From the NCBI GenBank assembly GCA_977030845.1, contig OZ365115.1, forward strand, positions 12,834,001 through 12,898,000: a DNA stretch of 64,000 nucleotides. Reading direction: 5' to 3'. Numbering within the stretch: position 1 is the stretch's first letter; each line of letters begins with the position of its first letter. Under the pieces are notes generated by a model, which was not told where the DNA came from, made no database searches, and saw nothing but the letters and a program-made list of their open reading frames with translations. Position numbers and translations under genes: made by a program. The DNA comes from Fimbriosthenelais zetlandica (Eukaryota). Below are positions 49,501 through 63,090 of this stretch, in pieces.

Positions 49501-52500
49501 AGCATTTGCTATTTCATTTCACAATGTTCCGGAGGTAGTGAATGATTTTTGGTCCGTGAAACATTTTGACTGTGAGCATCGACTGCTGTAACTTTAGGGC
49601 TAGTTATCGTGATGATGTTACCAATGGATATTCCCATGAAAAACTCTTTACACTGTTACGGATATTTGTCATAAATATCCTTAAAAATTAAAAAAAAATG
49701 TACCAAATCTGATTTGAAACCCAATGGAATATGACAGCAATTTTAGAAGGAATTCAGGGACCCTTTAAGAATACTTTAAATATTTGAGGACAATGAACAA
49801 TACTACAATGAACACGATTGTCGTAATTCTACTATAGAAAAAGGTTGTGATCAAATTTACATAGTCGACAACACTGGTATCAGAACAGAAAACAGTGTAT
49901 CTTCGGAGATTTGGAAACAGGTGTGTTGGACAAAGCCTACCATAGAGAAGGCAGCTGGAGGTGGTTTCCACTTATATAATGCAAAGGTGAAAAGGTCATT
50001 TAGGAGCTTACAAATCATTACCATGAGCATTAATGGACCAGATCAGACCAACATGACAAGGTCATTTTAGGGAGTAACCCTTAAATATAGCAGCCAAACG
50101 CAAATGGACTTTTCATACGATTAACATTGACGCAATCCAGCGAGCAGTCCAGACCGCTTTTGTGCAGTGAACACATGCTAAGCCAGTGTGCGTTACACAT
50201 GTGTCATAAACCTCAATTCTAACACCCCTGCCCCCCCCCCCCCCCTATAAAATGATCAATATCAGCTAACTTAAATATAGCAGGAAGCAATGACATTTTC
50301 CACAACCCACCAAGCAGTTTCAACCCATCTTCATGCAGTGAACAGTTCGTATAACAACGTCTATCATACACAACATTCACAAAACCTAGATTGTTTACAT
50401 CTCATGCCGAAATCAATACACAATGAAGTACTAGTTAGGAGTCAAAATAACCTATTGTCTGTTTGACTACTATATTGGGCGTCTCCATAGTTTGGACTCT
50501 GAGCTCAATTAACTTGCACCTGAATTTTGCCTATTAAAAATGAATCTATTGATTTCAATGGGCTTGCACCAATGCGGATGAAAGTGTATTCAAATACTTT
50601 TCCCTGTTACTCCAAGCCTGAACGACCATGGGAAAACTCGGCTGAGAAATTCATCCACTATCAAGTTAATGCAAAGATCTTTCAAGTTTTAAAAACATAC
50701 AAGTTATTGATTTTTGATATTTCATCTTCGAGGAATTAAAAAGCATCCTTAGAAGCTACTGGTAGATAAAATATGTTGAAAGGATTATCAAGGAAACAAG
50801 GAAGTGGAAAAGAGAACTTAGACTGGGATTTGCCCATCAAAGCTTGGTTATATTATATTATTTATGTTAACTGGAGTGAGCTTTAATTTATTGAAAAGGT
50901 CCATGCTGTAACACATCACCATAATATGTAATGAATTGAAACCAGGTCACATGTGGAAAATGATGATGAATAGATAACTCTAAGTGCGTAGCCATCAAAC
51001 TCCAACCACTCAAAAGCAAACCAAGTTAATATTGATGAGCCGAAACCATGATTGATTATATTTGATATAAAATAACACAATTGATTAGCAAACCATTTTC
51101 TGCCCATTTTTTCCCATGAAGGCTGATTGAAATCCAATGTTAAAGTTGTTGAGTCATAGTAAGGGTCTACCAACAACAGGAATGTGCCGGAGGTGGAGAA
51201 TGGATGGTAGGAACGAGTTAAAAACCGGAGGAAAAGCTAAACTCTTTGTGGTTTGGAAAGGCTGGAGGAGCAGCGGCAGCTGTGGGAAGGGTGGTAGTGG
51301 TATTGTGTTAAATCATATTGATTATCATCAATCAATACAATGTTTTTTGACAGGATATTGATTATTCTAGCAGTGCCGAAGTTGCCACTAGCTTTCTGAG
51401 AATTAAAGGCATAGCTTTTATGCTTGTAAGCACAGCTATAATGACAATAGCTAATGGTTTCAACTGGCAGCTGGTGGCAATCTTTAAAATCTTGAGTATT
51501 ATTGAAACTATTGGAATGTGTGAGCCATGACATATGAGGAACTGCAGGGAAATTTAAAGAAATAGTTGAACAGAACAGTTAAAGAAACCCAAAACCGGGA
51601 ACAGAGGGTTTGAAAGAAAACCTGGGCAAGAATGGATTGTACATTGTCCTGGAAGGTTTTTTTGTGGGAACATAAAGCCTACTTTACTTCGCATGAACCT
51701 CGACCTAAACCTATTCCCCATCTGTTTCCTTCCTTCCCACTCCTCCACGGCCATATCCCCGACACCAATTGGTCACTTTTATGCCCTAGTAAGTCCCATA
51801 TAAAATGCACATCTCCTAAATTGGTGCTTAATTCTTACCATGTTGATAGGGGAGGGAATGACAATAGCTGGCTGAGAACAGGGTCCGGATAACGACCTCT
51901 ATAAGTCACTCTAATGTTCCAGCCATTCGCTTGTTATTACCTTACTTTGAGCAGCTCCCCACCAGCTCACAGTCACCGCTCCGACCACCACCAACCGCTT
52001 CCCATTACAAGCACCGCCACTTGATTAAATTGTTTAATTGATCCTCTATGTGATGGAATTCACCTTATTAGAGGTGTTTTAGTGGTGAGCTTTCTTATAA
52101 GTTATCTCTGCAGCCTTGTATTGGTTGCTGTAATGAAGTTAGCACCAGGCTGGGGGAGCCATGCCGCGGAAGCAAATGAAGCAGAAGGACAAAGGAGCAG
52201 AGAGGGAATGGGCGGTGGCTGGAAAACACAGAGCAAGATTTAGATTAGAGGAGAAGGAGATGAAGGGATAACGACTTATTAACATCATTGATTAAGTCTG
52301 CAGCAACTTGATTTGTAGGTGTGTTAATATTAATGATATTGTTTGTCATCCAGACGACGTGAATATCTGTCGAAACTTCGCGTTGAGTGAAAGATGTTTC
52401 AGCAAAAGAGCATGCTTACAAAGAGCAATGCATACAAAGCATTCATTTCAGGACACAATTGCTTTTGACTTGACCTATTCTATCCTGGTAAATCTTGTTC

Positions 52501-55500
52501 AGAGAATTTGACTACGTTTTCCGTTAAGAAATATACATAGTTAATATAGATTAACACCACATCTTGCTTCAGATTCCTCAATCTGGTTGGAGACAGAGAA
52601 GCTTGCGTGCGCTTTAAATGTAACAGGTGCTAAACTGGGAGAAAACATTGCAGAAAATTAAGATTTAATAACTCTTTCATTTCCTGTGCCTCTGTATTTT
52701 TGCACTGCCCTTTTCCACACCCAGCTTTGGCCCATGAATTGCTGGTGAGGTATTTGCATGGGAATGGCCCATGAATATTGGACTCTTCCTTCTAAGCTCC
52801 TATTCGCTGCCGGGCTAGGGTGACAATACATTAACAATTGTATGCAGTGCAATGACAGAGCAGCTTCCTCATTTGTATTATTCCTATTCATAACATATCT
52901 TTATAATGCGCAAAGTTACTTTGAAAAGGGATATGCTCTTCTGCATGACAAAAAAGGACAAGCCGTGCCATAGATGTTGAAAGAAAAGAGCACAAGTCTG
53001 TTATGTATAATGGGACAATGATAATATGGTGCTAGGCAGAATTTTATGAATTGTCATGTGCATAACATCTAATACCACATTGTTTGAATGATTGTTCTTA
53101 TATACGGGTACTTTCACCATCACAGAATCAATCATCAATCATCGAATATGCGAAAATCCAATTTTAATTTCAGACCTGTACATCTGCCATACAAAATTGT
53201 TATATTTAATCAGCACAGATTTGAAGAACATGAGCTCACAATTTTTGAAAATATTCCATTACAAGAAAGGTATTAAAGTGAAAGCCTGCTTACACGAGGC
53301 GCGAGAAAAGTCACTGTCCGCGACAACATTGTGGGAATATTTAATCATCATCTTCCCACCGGGTTGGAATCAGATAGCTCCATTTACAAAACAAGCTTTG
53401 CCCAGGTTGATGAATTTAAGTCAGGACTCCGCGGTGGAAATGTGCGTCTGTAAATTGCTTTCCTTTCCTACTGTCGAATCAAAGTCTTCTTACAACGCCT
53501 TCTCAATATCTTTATCTGCCTCTTTCTCATCCCCCCTGGCTCTCACACTCTCTCTCGCCCTCTCCCCCCACCTCTCTCTCCTCATGTTTCTTTCCTATTT
53601 TTCTTACTCACTGGTATAATGCAAGATAAATATTTGATTAAGGATATGCATTTTATCATATAAAACCTGAGAAAAAGAATATCGGGCCAGGATCGGCATT
53701 ATTGCTTCAGATGAAAGAATAAATTGCGGCGTCATTAATATGAAAAAGTATAAGAAATATTAGAGGATCCCATTACTTAAAGGGTCCTCTGTTAAAGGGA
53801 GCATTCCTTTGACACTAACGTTACTATACCCCCACCTACCCATCTTTCCACTTTCAACCCACCCACCCGTCCAACCATCCTGCAACACCCACTCCCACCC
53901 ATCCAACATTGACAGACATTCATATTGGAATGGGAAATTTAATCAGATTAATTCTGAATAGCAATATATAGCCGAATAGACGAATCCTATGTCAAAGCGA
54001 CCCTGCCTTCCACCATCTCTCCTTCCCAGTTCCCATGGATCCTTGAATCCTGCGGTTTCAGATGCAGCGAAGAATTAATGATCAGTCCCTCTTACCTGCC
54101 TGAAAACCATTCAGATACTTTTCTGGAACTATTGATAGGAGTCACAAATAATCCATAGTATAAAGATACATTTTAAAAGTAATAGGATAACCAATCAGTT
54201 GTAAATTGTGATCCATTTGCGACTAGGGGCCAATGGTATTTCTAGCACAACATTAGGATTAGATGCTGAGATAGACTATATAATTATATTGACATCTTGA
54301 AGCGAAAAACAACACCTTATCATAAAAATTATTGGGCCTATGGTCAATAATTCATATTGATCTTCTTAGACCGACATCTAAGTACTAGAGATTATATATA
54401 TGTTATTAACCCCTTATATTCCCCGCAGGAAATCATTTAAAATCTAATCATCTAAGAGTTATCCTATAAAATAGAGATGGAATCCATCTGAAGAGTTGAT
54501 GAGTTGGCACATCCAAAAATATCCCTCATTTCTCCAGCTTAGCTTAAGCTCTAGACAGAGGAAATGGGAGGGTGTTTCATTAGTACAAGTCAATAATGAA
54601 ATGGCGAAGTTTGCGAAAAATGGTATTATTTCATAAACTTGGGAAAATTTAGATTACCCTTACAATTAATATGTCATGATTTGCTCGTCACATAAGAAGT
54701 CTTATTGCAATATCTTCTATAATGAAATCCATTTTATCACTTATTGCAAATTACTTGTCACTATGGTTCACTTCAGTAGAACTACTTTGATGTATGTATT
54801 CTTACTATAAAATGACAAGGGGTGTAGATCCGATCTGGTCTTAAAGACATAACGAAATCCTTAATTGTTAATCCCGCAACAACGCTTAAACTGTTTGACT
54901 GCTTCTTTATAAGCAGTTTTATATACTTAATTGTAATGATGGTTTCCATGCACATCAAATACGAATTGATTTGCACAATTTTCAGGTCTTTTACATAAAT
55001 TCCTTCTCTATACATTTTAATGTATAAAGCTACTTCTGTTCATGACAATGTGACATGAGGTCACTTTCATAAAAAGGTCACAGAGATTTAGCTCTTTATA
55101 TCTGACCAACCTGGCATGAACCCACATTAAACTCTAAGTACGGACACTCTCACGCCCATCCACGTGACCACCATGTGACCTCCTCCCTAATAGCGCTTTC
55201 AAACAAAGGTGAAACAATCCTTTAACTTAGAATATTCAATATTCTGATTTCATCCTGTATACCTGAAGACCTGTGTTTCCAGTTCGGACATATTGAGGAT
55301 TTTAAGCACTCTAAAGCCAAAACAAGGGTTATTCCCAGGATTTGCCTTGCCCTTGATATGTATGTAGGCCTATGTCTTGTGTTTTTTAGCTGCATTGAAT
55401 CAATCTTTCATAATTTGACTATGGCTGCAGCCCAGATGAGAGACCAAACCTATAGAGAAGAGCTCTTAGCCATATTAACTCAGATATAGGCCGATGGAAA

Positions 55501-55791
55501 TAGTTTTTATACTACATATTACTGATCTCAGACATGTCTTGTGCCCTTTGTTCTCAAGGAAGCTAATAAGAGAGAGAACAATGCCTGAGATAATGGAACG
55601 AAGCCATTTCACCAGTTATTCATTTAGCTTTTATTTGTACTCATACTTAAAAAGATTATTGCAAATGTCAGCTCCCACTGAGGTAGAGATTTTCCCCTCA
55701 CACAGGTCAAGGTTATATAAACTTTCTCCTGACTCTGCTTATCAATATTTCCAGCTGTTATCTTAATATTAAACATTTCTCATGTTTCAAG

Positions 55792-55833
55792 ATTTCAAGT
55801 TAGAAAACCACCGTCCAAGTCTACCCTGCAGGA
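55792..55833 (+). other. Candidate short symmetric exon (42 nt, or 30 nt from 55804)
   Basis: Donor CAGGA|GTAAGT. From 55792, phase 1-1 reads DFKLENHRPSLPCR; from 55804, phase 0-0 reads KTTVQVYPAG. Confidence 0.25.
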
Positions 55834-56960
55834 GTAAGTGGAAATAATTAGGCCTATGTTCCAGAAAGTGAATCATCGAACAGAAGATTATATGAAAAAA
55901 GAATAGGATGCAACAAATAATCATCATGCCACTTGATTAATTCATTCAGTGCATTGAAAAGCCACATATTCCCGGTCCCGGTGGCTGCCATAATGCCTGC
56001 AATGGAAGATGTGCTCCAGTGTAACGGAACCATCTTTCGCATGAAGATCTTTGTAAAGCTATGCAATCCATTTAATTACATTTGTCATTAAGACTTAATT
56101 AACACCCTCTTGACGGTTGAGCCACACCAGGGAAGTGGGTCAGGTTTCTTTTCAACTGGAATTCTATTCAATAAAGTGTCCTATTCAATTACACATAGCA
56201 CAGGCATTCATTAAATGGTTTGAAAAAGTCACATTTACCAGGTGGTAACGTAGGTTGGCATTCAATTTACACTTTGAATGTTTCCATTCCCACATTGAAG
56301 GATGTGTATGAAAGGATCGCCAGCTGGGTTCGATACACGTTAAGACACGTAAAGTAAGAGTGATGACATTAATGGGAATACCATTCAACAAAATCCTTAA
56401 ACAGAACTCCATCCATCCATCCATCCACTGTCCCAAATAATGAGTAATCGAGTAAACAGAATGAGTAATAATATGAACTCTACCACTCTTATTGTTGGCC
56501 ATACATATTCGCTGATAGGTTGAATGGCCCGTTAGATCTGCGATCACCTATGGCCTATACCTAACATAGAATCAGGGGTAAATTCTAACACTTCACACCG
56601 ATCAGCAATAGTGAAGCGATGCAAGTTCTCTTCCCTGTTACTGAAAAATTACCATATCAGCTTTCAATGATCTGTATATTCTTTATCTATGTCTATGTGA
56701 CCACAATCTCGATATATCTGTTGTCAAAAAAGTGAACATAAAAACCTTCCATGAGGCTCATTGCATATCATTAAAGTCCCAAATGAAAAAATGTTAGTAA
56801 AATGTAATTAAGGAGGGATTGGTGGGACTCATTTGGATGCATCAGGTGTGAGGTAATTAGAGTAAATCTTGGAGGGGGCTGGTGAGTTATGGAGACACAT
56901 TCATGTTTTATCCTCCTCCCACATGAATACTCAACTCTCTCTCTCTTATTTCATTTCCAG

Positions 56961-57011
56961 AACAAGAATTTCCAGACGTTGATCATTGCCAAATCACGCC
57001 CAGGAGCACAT
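56961..57011 (+). other. Candidate symmetric internal exon (51 nt)
   Basis: Long pyrimidine tract CTCTCTCTCTCTTATTTCATTTCCAG| and donor CAT|GTGAGT; open in phase 0 (NKNFQTLIIAKSRPGAH) and phase 1 (EQEFPDVDHCQITPRST). Confidence 0.4.
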
Positions 57012-59604
57012 GTGAGTCATTCATCTTCAGGATTTATTGTATTAGACTATGTCTGATATATAGGTTATTCGGTTTGTTGGGACATAAATAGGGTTGTAGA
57101 CTGGAATTACTAATGAGTTTCTAGATTATTCGATGACTTGCTGATGTAAGAGGACATGCAAATGAGTTTGAAACAGATTGAAACAGATCATATAGTTTGA
57201 AACTCCCATACAGACTTGGCATTGCTAATGGCTGCTCTGAAACGGGCCCCAGTTGAAGCAGTTTTGTTGAAAGGTTTTTGTCCGCATAACCAGGTCATTG
57301 ACTTAGATATTTGATATTCAAAGCAGTGAGACAGAAGAGATATCCTCGACGAAAGCATATGGACTGTACAATTGCCATGAATCATTGCTTTTATGTCTGA
57401 AAGTGAGAAATGAGTGCAAGGAAAATAAACACTCCTCAAGTAATACCATACAATAATGCCTGAGCCCTTTGTTCTGCATGTATCTGCAAAGTGAAACCTC
57501 TGGGCAAGATCCAGTTCAAATGGTGTTAATTTGAAGCTTAAATTGAAGAATCTTCATTATCTTTTCTTTTCATCAAAATGAAACTTTAATTGGTATGTTA
57601 TTACAGTTATTACAAGCTGGAGTATCAGATGTACCAAAGAGTTAATTAAAGTTACCAAGCTCAATTACCAGCCAGAAATTCATTACGATTCCGGAGCTTT
57701 GTTATTTACTTCATGTATAATATGTACTGATCGACTTCTTAGCATTTGCAAAATTATTGTAATTTGGAGGAAGATCCAATCTGGGATTCTGTAGGTCAGG
57801 ATTCCTTCCCTTTAGAAATATTTTGCCGCTCAGAATTGTTGGGACCACAATGCTGGACCAACGAGTTTTCCTTTTGGCACTTAACAGAAGTTCCATCCCT
57901 AATTCTGGTCAGAAAAAGGGAAAGTTAATGTAGGGGTGGATGGACATTATTGTGGGCCACCATGATCATTACTCGGGGCGGTACCACGTCCTCCACCTCA
58001 CCCGTCACTCACTAGGTGGCGTGTCCAGGATTCATTAGGACAGACAACTGGTAATCACCCTCAATGGTGGCTATGGCATTCACGGTAATTTGAGTTGGCT
58101 AGTTCCATGCAGAGACTGGTACCAAGAATCTGGGTCTCCATTTGCTAAATTCTGCCTTTTTATATGATATTTTAACACAATCTGATTATCATTCAATTTC
58201 TGTAAAAAGGACATCCCAAAACCTTACATGTTTCATACATTTTAAAGCAATGTCTACAACTTTCAATTGGTGAAAGATGATACATGATGGCTTACCTACT
58301 TAGCCTACAGTACATTGCACATGTTAACAGCTTCAAAGCTCCCTGATTGAGCGTGAAACAGGAACATGGTAATCCACTAAAATAAAAGGAAAGAAAGACC
58401 AAAGCCGAAGTATTAAAGACAGAAGTAACGTACAACCTCAGTGCATTAATAATTATATTACCTTGTAAGAGCCGGGTAACTATGAGAAATGAACCCCATC
58501 TCTCAGCCAAAATACACACCTATTCATGACGCATGTTGGAAGAACATCTAAGGTCCTTCTCCCTGGGACATCTCTCTCCTCAAACAACCTTATCTTTGAG
58601 GTCTTGGTTACATGGACTTAGAAGACAAACAGAACCATATCGGAGAGCTGTAGGCATTTTTTCATCTATTTCCCTTTGTCAAAGGCCCCCCTTACTCCTT
58701 CCTTTTACTTCTTTACTACCGTACTTTGATGTAGGTAGAGGAGCAGGGAGGGTCTCAGGTAGCCTCCAGTAACGCCTGGCAGTCTACTTCAGATGTCTCT
58801 TGTTTACAACACTTGTCCTGACCCTATCATTTATCATTTTTAAGGTTTTTTTGCTTCATTCCAATTAACAATTCACTATCATATTATTTGATTTAGCGAA
58901 TAGCAGTACTGTGTATTCTTCACTTAAAGTCCACAACATTAACATGACATGTTGTAGATAGCTTAAATTAGTTGTCCATCATGATTCGTGATAGCTGTGT
59001 ACGACAATAAAGGACTAATACATTGCCAAGGAGGATTAGCATAGTACCATATGGGAATGTTGGTTCAAGCAAAACAATGGAAAGAAACCAATGGCATATA
59101 GCACCTGGGGTATGGTCCCAGGTATACATAATTCATTCGCATGTCCAAACCACTAATTTGTTCCATGCTGGAAACTGGCATGGATATATAAAAAATATAT
59201 ATTGTCTACTGACAAATTGGCTTAGGTCTATGTCAGCTCAAGTGAGTGAGGAATGCCAATAAGTGTCTTAGATCACACATTATGAAATGTGTTTTTATTA
59301 TTTGGATGACGGCCAGTGATTTGGATGACAGCATCAAATGACAGCATTCTTGTTGGCAAACAGCATCAGTTATGAGGTGATATATACTACTGATGATATG
59401 TCCTTGTTACTTGTCTCAGACAGTCTGGCTATTTCTCATATATCCTATTGAGGAGGGAATGAGGAGTGTGAGTGGTGGTATGGTTGGTATGTGGCTGCCT
59501 CCTCCAAATTACAATAAAGCCAGGAGCCCTGTCAAACCGATGGTATCAGTCTGTGACAGGTTCATTGTTAACATATCAACAACAATGGGAGAAAGAATGG
59601 GATG

Positions 59605-59874
59605 AAATCTGGTTGTCAGCTGGGCTGCATGATCTGGGACAAGCGTGGGACCATGGAGAAGTGGTTATCATGGTTGACCTAAAGAAAGAAGAGGTCAAAA
59701 CTGGCTGTCAATTAGGCTGAGCTGAGACAAAGGAGATGATGCAAACTATGGCAATCAGCTGCAGTTGAGCTGACCTCGTAGAACAAGAATGGAACCAAAA
59801 CTGGTTGACAACTGCATGGCCTTAGCGCTGATCCGAAACCAAAATGAGACCAAAACTGGTTATCAGCTGGGCTG
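59605..59874 (+). repeat. Decayed ~50-bp array with a conserved ~23-bp core
   Basis: Core AAAACTGGTTRTCAGCTGGGCTG-like at about 59605, 59657, 59697, 59743, 59797 and 59852, separated by variable sequence. Confidence 0.65.
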
Positions 59875-62109
59875 TTCTGGGAGAAAAAGCAGGTGGAGCA
59901 TTGTCAAGAAGCAGTAATGACAAGCCAGTTGAACTGACAGCTGTCAGAGATTACACAAGTCTTCTCCTTCATCTCCTTCTCTTCCTACCTCCCCCCACTC
60001 TCGCTCTAAGACTATCACATACCAGGCCAAAAAAACACACTCTACAAGCTATAATATCTCATAAGATTCTGGCGGCTGGCTGATCCAGCAAAAGCGATTG
60101 AGTAGACACTTCCAAGGCACTTAGTGGAGGATAATGGGAAATCTTGAAATTCAATTTTTAGGAATTTGAGGCATGGATTTAAGGGAACAATGTTTGGTTG
60201 GCTGTAATCATGTCACCAGTGGTCTCGGTGGCGTTACTGAATCTATTACTTTTCAACCCATTCGAGCTTATGACATTGTGTTGCCGTGACATACAGTGCC
60301 TAGGTATTGCATAAATTTGTATCTTATGCTGTTTCGTTTTTGAGATAGTTTGGGAAATCTGCTGCATGGTGAAAAAATTCCATTAAGCCGAGTTATTGCC
60401 TCGAAATTTCGATAACACGGATGTTTTTTTTGTGGGGGGATACTGATTTTACCGAAGCCTGAGAATTGGAATAGAAAACGTATTTTTACTTCATATTTCT
60501 TGACGGATTTCTATAATATAAACTTTCATCCAAGCTGGGGAATTTCAGGTCTAAGTAAAGACAGTGATATTTAATATTACTTTTATATTACTTTAATATT
60601 ACTTTTGGTAAACGTGATATGCTGAATCCCTCCCTGAAGACAATGATGATGTAGAAATTTATACATTTTCAAAAGCGTGTGCACCGCAGGACGTTAAAAT
60701 AAACTGCATCATGTTTCATTTATTGCAATAATACGCCTACCTGACATTTAAATAGATTGTTGGGCATGGGACAATCAAGATGAAACACTGAAAGTGGGCT
60801 GGATCCTGAGTAGGCTCGGTTTTAATCCATACTCGTTAGAAACCCAGGGCGAGAAGGAAAAGGGAAAGAAAAAGGAAAGAAAAAAATAGAGGAAAAACCA
60901 CTTCCCCTTCAAAATAATCTTTGATCCGGCCCGTATAGTTACCCTTGATCAAATGAGATGAAATAACTTGTTATGTGAGAAATTATGTCAATATAATGTC
61001 CTCATGCCAATGACAGTTGTTCATTGCGGCGAGTAGCTCATTAGAGACAGTAATAGAAATTGATGAGCAACTCCTGGCTTTCTTTACAATATTAAAATAT
61101 AGTTCTGAGTGTATGGAGAGAGTCAATACTCTGTATAGGCCATGACAGACTATGGAAAGTCTCTATTGATTAATAGAAGAGGTAATGAGATTTGTCTCTA
61201 GCCAGTCTGTCTATGGCTAATTTTCTCCAGCATCCAAAGCGCCTGCAATCTTTTATCACATCGCATCGTTCATCAATTAGGCTCAACCTGAATAGATGGG
61301 CCACATGCCATAAATTGTAACCGTCACTGACAGACACTGGCCCACTCACCATTGTTCTTAACTTCTCTTTCATTATCCCATTTTTCCACAGGGGTATTTA
61401 GTCACTTAATCAACCTTAATAGCGATGGTTCTATTCTCAGTTGCTCCACAAGATTTGGCCCCCAGATTATAGAAGTGATTTTTTCTAAAAGGGTCTGAAG
61501 AGAAAGTTAAAAATTGTAATTAAAATGAAACGATTGTACAAATATATTGAATGGCTTGTCATCAAGCTTTGGTTTCCATGCTTCTTTGCTGTATGCTCTT
61601 TGGGTTAGCAACAAAATTAGTGTAAAGATTCCCCTTTCAGCTCTGCTCGTAAACATCACTGGCTGACGACTGTGTTGTATCTATATTGTCAAACAGGCTC
61701 CATCCAGCCATAACCTTAGCCCAGCAGTTCTGGGAAGGAGTGGTGGATATGAAACTCTTGTCAGCACAATGATAATACCCAATATTCCACCATCTCCACC
61801 CACACCTGCTGTCACTCACTGTAATCTAGAAATAACCAGTGAACCTTGGTCCAGAGACCATGGATAATGAGTCTTCTATCTTACCCATCAAGCCTCTACA
61901 TTAATTAGCGTTCCAATGGAGATGTATAATACTAGCCTTATGACAATAGACCCCGGAGCCAGCCTGAAGGGCCCCAGTCCTCACATAAACCCCTCTTCTC
62001 CTGGGATTTTTCTATTATCAATAGATTACTATGAGGACCATCGTCAACACTGTATCCTATTGTGTAATTGTCTCTATTATGTCACTGATTCTGATTGAAT
62101 GCGTAGGTC

Positions 62110-62422
62110 ACCTGGGTGATTCCACCTCAGATCACCCAAAAAAAACGCATTTTTAAACCCCACCCCATTTGATTTCTATGAAATTTGGTATAGGGGTATT
62201 TCATAGCCAGAAAAGCCTAAATCTCAAATTTCAGCTTGATCGGACTAGCGGTTTTCGAGATATCGCGATTTACTTTTTTCGCTTTTTCACGAAAATGGGC
62301 AGGTCGACCAAATTTAAAATTGGCTTTTCTCAGCAACCACTGGTCCAATTTCAAAAAACAAGGTATTTCTGGAAAGGGGAAATCACAAGGAATCCAAATC
62401 AGGCATTGGTTTTTGCATTTTT
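62110..62422. mobile_element. Interspersed non-autonomous repeat (unclassified), contiguous with the terminal repeat complex
   Basis: ATGAAATTTGGTA..AAATTTCAGC..GATCGGA..CGGTTTTCGAGAT pattern typical of invertebrate non-coding repeats; loosely similar segments near 57700-57930 and 45290-45520. Family not identified. Confidence 0.45.
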
Positions 62423-63090
62423 GCATTTTAAAGGCCAATGACCTTTTGACCTATATTTTGACCTTGAAATTCACATTAAAGAACACGCCCGATTTCAATG
62501 ACACAAATAAAAAAAATGTAGCCCTATGTGTCAACTTCAACATATAAAAAAACTGGAGGGGTTTTCTTTTTCATAATTGAGAAAATCAGGATAGTATAAA
62601 GCACTACCTTTCAATCCATGGTAACTTCTGTGTATGATTAAGCCTATGTTTGCACTGCAGTAAAGCTAGTTCTCAGACAGTGGAAGGAAATACTAGTAGC
62701 TTCAATTTCAGTGTCACGGCTCTACAAATAATTGACTTATGCAGGCACAGTGCCTTACTAGGGCACCAGACAGGCACATTTAATTCCGCACAGCTGTAAG
62801 CCATGTAGGCATATATTTTTCACCTTGATAGACGCCTCTGTTCCCATTTACAACTGAGGCAGCTTTCTCTAAAGAGTCATGGCTCTACAAATAATTAACT
62901 TAAGCCTTACTAGGGCACCAGCCAGACACATCTAATTCCGCATTTTAAAGGCTAATGACCTTTTGACCTATATTTTGCCCTTGAAATTGACATTAAAGAA
63001 CATCCCGACCTCAATGACACGATTACAAAAAATGTAGCCCTATGTGTCAACTACAACATATAAAGAAACTGGAGGGGTTTTCTTTTTCAT
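62423..63090 (+). repeat. Direct repeat pair of ~151 bp (62423-62574 and 62940-63090)
   Basis: Both start GCATTTTAAAGGCYAATGACCTTTTGACCTATATTTTG and end ACTGGAGGGGTTTTCTTTTTCAT. Confidence 0.92.

Noticed and set aside
53092-53619. Longest ORF in the track (175 aa)
   Set aside because: No domain or coding-like composition; it begins in AT-rich sequence and ends in a CT low-complexity tract.
56320-56340. Pol III B-box-like GGTTCGATAC (tRNA or SINE)
   Set aside because: No A box at a suitable distance and no cloverleaf; the similar match near 4462 also fails.
59605-59874. CRISPR array interpretation of the repeat-and-spacer pattern
   Set aside because: Cores are too degenerate, the period is irregular, no cas genes are present, and the DNA is intron-containing eukaryotic sequence.
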